A stretch of 64,000 bases of DNA from the NCBI GenBank assembly GCA_032718475.1, contig JAUCBJ010001719.1:1-64000 (forward strand), given 5' to 3'. The notes beneath the pieces are model-generated. The model ran no database searches and was not told the origin of the DNA. It saw nothing but the letters and a program-made list of their open reading frames with translations. Positions 61,252 through 64,000 of the stretch are shown here, one piece after another. Source of the DNA: Nemertoderma westbladi (Eukaryota; Animalia; Xenacoelomorpha). The stretch's first letter is position 1; the number at the start of each line of letters is the position of its first letter. The translations under genes were made by a program, and so were the position numbers.

Positions 61252-64000
61252 TGTGAAAGGCATATTTTATGATTCTATGGCAATTCGTGACGCAAAGGGG
61301 TGATAGCTACTCTTGAACAGTAGTTACTATGACTACGGTTAACAGCTGACATTCATACGTGTTGATTTCCTTTGTTCTACGGCGTCTCTCAGTTCAGTCA
61401 GCCAATTAGAGCGTTTTTGTGGCTCCTTGTACAGAAAATTTCCGAGAAATGACGCAATGCCTATGTGCAGTGTTTACATTCAGTCCTGAGCCAAAGAAAG
61501 AACGGCTTGGAAGTATTTTGTGCTTTACTGTTTTTAGTCTTACACTAGTAGGTTTAATTACAAGGACATATATCCTTTAACTACCTGACTCATGGAATCA
61601 CTGCTGACTGATCATACATGCTGACTGCTGAAACATTGCAAACTCATAACAATCAGTGTTTTCATTGTTGTTTTATACTGCTATTTACTGTCAGTTCTTC
61701 ATAATATGGTTGATGAATTATTATATTTGGAATAACGATAAATAACCCCGAAACCCAATATTCTTGATATACCGAAGGTAAGAGAGAAAGGTTACCAATA
61801 ACGATTGTGACTTATGTTAAAGTGGTTTGAAGTGAATCCAATGTTATTTGATAGACCCTACATGAGTCAGCCTGTGTTCCTTTTATATGTGACTAAAATC
61901 AGTGAAGATTGGCAGATTAGTGTGCAGCATTGTGTATGAGTGAGTCTGTTAAAGAAGCAATTCCTAAAGAATGCGCCATATATGTGAATTATAATTAAGC
62001 CATATCGTTGTGAGTAGTTTAAGTCATAACTCTGTTTATATAGATAAAGCGCCACGTCCTAAAGGAACTGTTAATATTCCCGAAGGTGAATAATATTGTC
62101 AGAGATTATATAATACTGTCAGTCGAATAATACATTAGGCTTACATAGCAATAAAATTAAACCGTCGAACCCAATCTCCCGGGAATCTCCAGCGGGTGAA
62201 TGGTCGCGCACGGATTGGTTTCGACTAGTGTAGTGAATCAAATACTTGTCAAAGACTAAAAACTGATTTAATATCTAGAAGACATCTTAATTTGGTGGGT
62301 TAAACTGCCAAAGGTCTGAAAGCGCGAACATTAAAGGATATAGCTTCTTTGTTGCAGTAAGCAATAAAGTTGAAAGTACCGGTCAACCGGTAAACCTGAA
62401 CGGTACATCTGTAGGTCAGTAGGCCCAACAGCTAGAACCGGTACTGCCGTATAAGTACACTAGTATTATTCGATTTGATTGTTGCATACCGGTAGGCTGT
62501 TTAAGGGATTAGGGATTGATCACCCCTTATACCTTTATATGGTTTACTTATTTCTGTCAAGTTTTATTTATTTGTAGGCCAGTATTGAACAGAAGGCGTG
62601 TAAGCCTGATCAGATAGTACAGACGATTTGTAGGCTGAGCTGTTGTCTGATTGCTGTTAAGTCCGAACGAATTGCAGTGTGTGTAGATCACCTACTAGAT
62701 AATTTGTAGGCTGGATAGTTGTCTGGCTGTTATTAGGTCTGAACGGATTGCCGCGTGTGTAGATCATCTGTCCGATTAAGTACGATTAGGCAGTAGGGGC
62801 AGCGAACGCTGTAAGGTAATCCCCCAACTAAAGAATAAGTCGCACTACTGGGTTAGAGCGCATACTCCCTAATCATTTCGGAGTCTGCATATACCGTAGT
62901 TTGTTTAGGCTTGATAGTAGTCTGTCAGTGTTCGGTCTGTATTTTGTTTGAGTAGTTTGTACGCGTAGCGTAATATTTATTATTCAGAGTTTATGCGATT
63001 ATCCGCAACATTCATTCCCCAAGTTTGTTCCTACAGTAATTGTGTTTGTTATACATACCGCTATAGTTAAATTAACCCCGGTACTACACGGGCTGCTTGG
63101 CGTAGGTAAAGACTGGTGATTTTGTGCATCGGTCACTCCAGCAGATGCCGTGGTTCTTTTAGCTGTTCAAGTATATTTAACTACTGATTGTCTGTTATAT
63201 AAGTACTCGTACCTAATTTAGGGTTTAGTGTACAGTACTTTCCGAAGTAATTATTGTAGACATTATATTTGTGTTGTAAAGTGGTTGATAGGCACATTCG
63301 ATTAGCTCTATTAACTTCTAGGTAGGAACACTCCGTGATACATAACGTAGAACCTATAGCGATACGGCTATAGGTCGTCAGGCGGTGGTATTTTCCTATC
63401 TAGACAACGCAGTGTATTTACTACTACTTATTATTTCAAATACCGTAGTACTCTGGCCGTTGTAATAACCAGTTTTCTAACCCTTTGTTAGGCTGGTTTG
63501 TAGACTTCTTGTAAAATTACCCTAAAAATTCGTATTTGTGTTTTTGTAAATTTTTGTGTTTATTTAGAGATTGTAATCTCAACCCGAATTGTACGTAATT
63601 CGTAGTATTAAGTAACTTAGGTAAATTAGAATTATTTGTTTTAGTGTCCTATACGTAACACTTCACTGAAAGCGCACCGCTTTGTGTAGTGATTACTCCC
63701 CAGAAATAATAACATTTATTTCAAACATAGACAAAACCCATTAAAACGGGTATATATATTATAAATCAAATCTAACGATTTATAAATAGTAGGCCTACCA
63801 TATAACAATTAGGTCTCAATATCAGTTGGACTACTGCTTAAATAACGGTAATAAAGTAAGTTAAAGTAACCAAGTAACCCTACAGTTCAGAAATTCAATT
63901 ATTCTAAAATAATTGATATACCGGTATTTACGATAGGCCTATTATAATATTTATATTTGTGCTGAAAGCATACCGGTATTCTGTAATTAATTCAGTTAAT
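61252..64000 (+). mobile_element. BEL/Pao LTR retrotransposon D, 5' LTR and leader (continues beyond the window)
   Basis: LTR 3' part homologous to B/C, ending GCGCGAACA at 62330; the downstream leader is collinear with C 48860-50850. The LTR start (TGTGAAAGG) is inferred. Confidence 0.88.
62331..62342 (+). promoter_or_regulatory. Putative self-priming primer-binding site of D (TTAAAGGATATA)
   Basis: Abuts the LTR end and is the exact complement of 61569-61580 (TATATCCTTTAA). Confidence 0.75.

Overview
Eukaryotic, repeat-saturated window, most likely from an invertebrate animal; I see no intact host gene. It holds four BEL/Pao LTR retrotransposons: A (3' half), B (5'-truncated, with a Ty3/gypsy fragment inside an 892-bp duplication), C (complete, LTR to LTR with a 5-bp TSD, non-autonomous) and D (5' end only). 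It also holds a multi-level nest of non-autonomous DNA transposons with a tandem segmental duplication, several minisatellites, CR1 and Penelope-like fragments, and an intronless EgtD-like methyltransferase pseudogene. The main signal is in the B/C/D BEL/Pao family. It has no tRNA primer-binding site. In C and D the 11-12 nt directly after the 5' LTR differ completely, yet each is the exact complement of a sequence at the homologous position in its own LTR, which is the geometry of Tf1-type self-priming. The family also has a ~600-nt covarying RNA structure in R/U5, a duplicated pseudoknot-like RNA after pol, and an unknown ~500-aa 3' accessory ORF shared with the distant element A. All alignments and pairings were done by eye, with no searches or folding programs.
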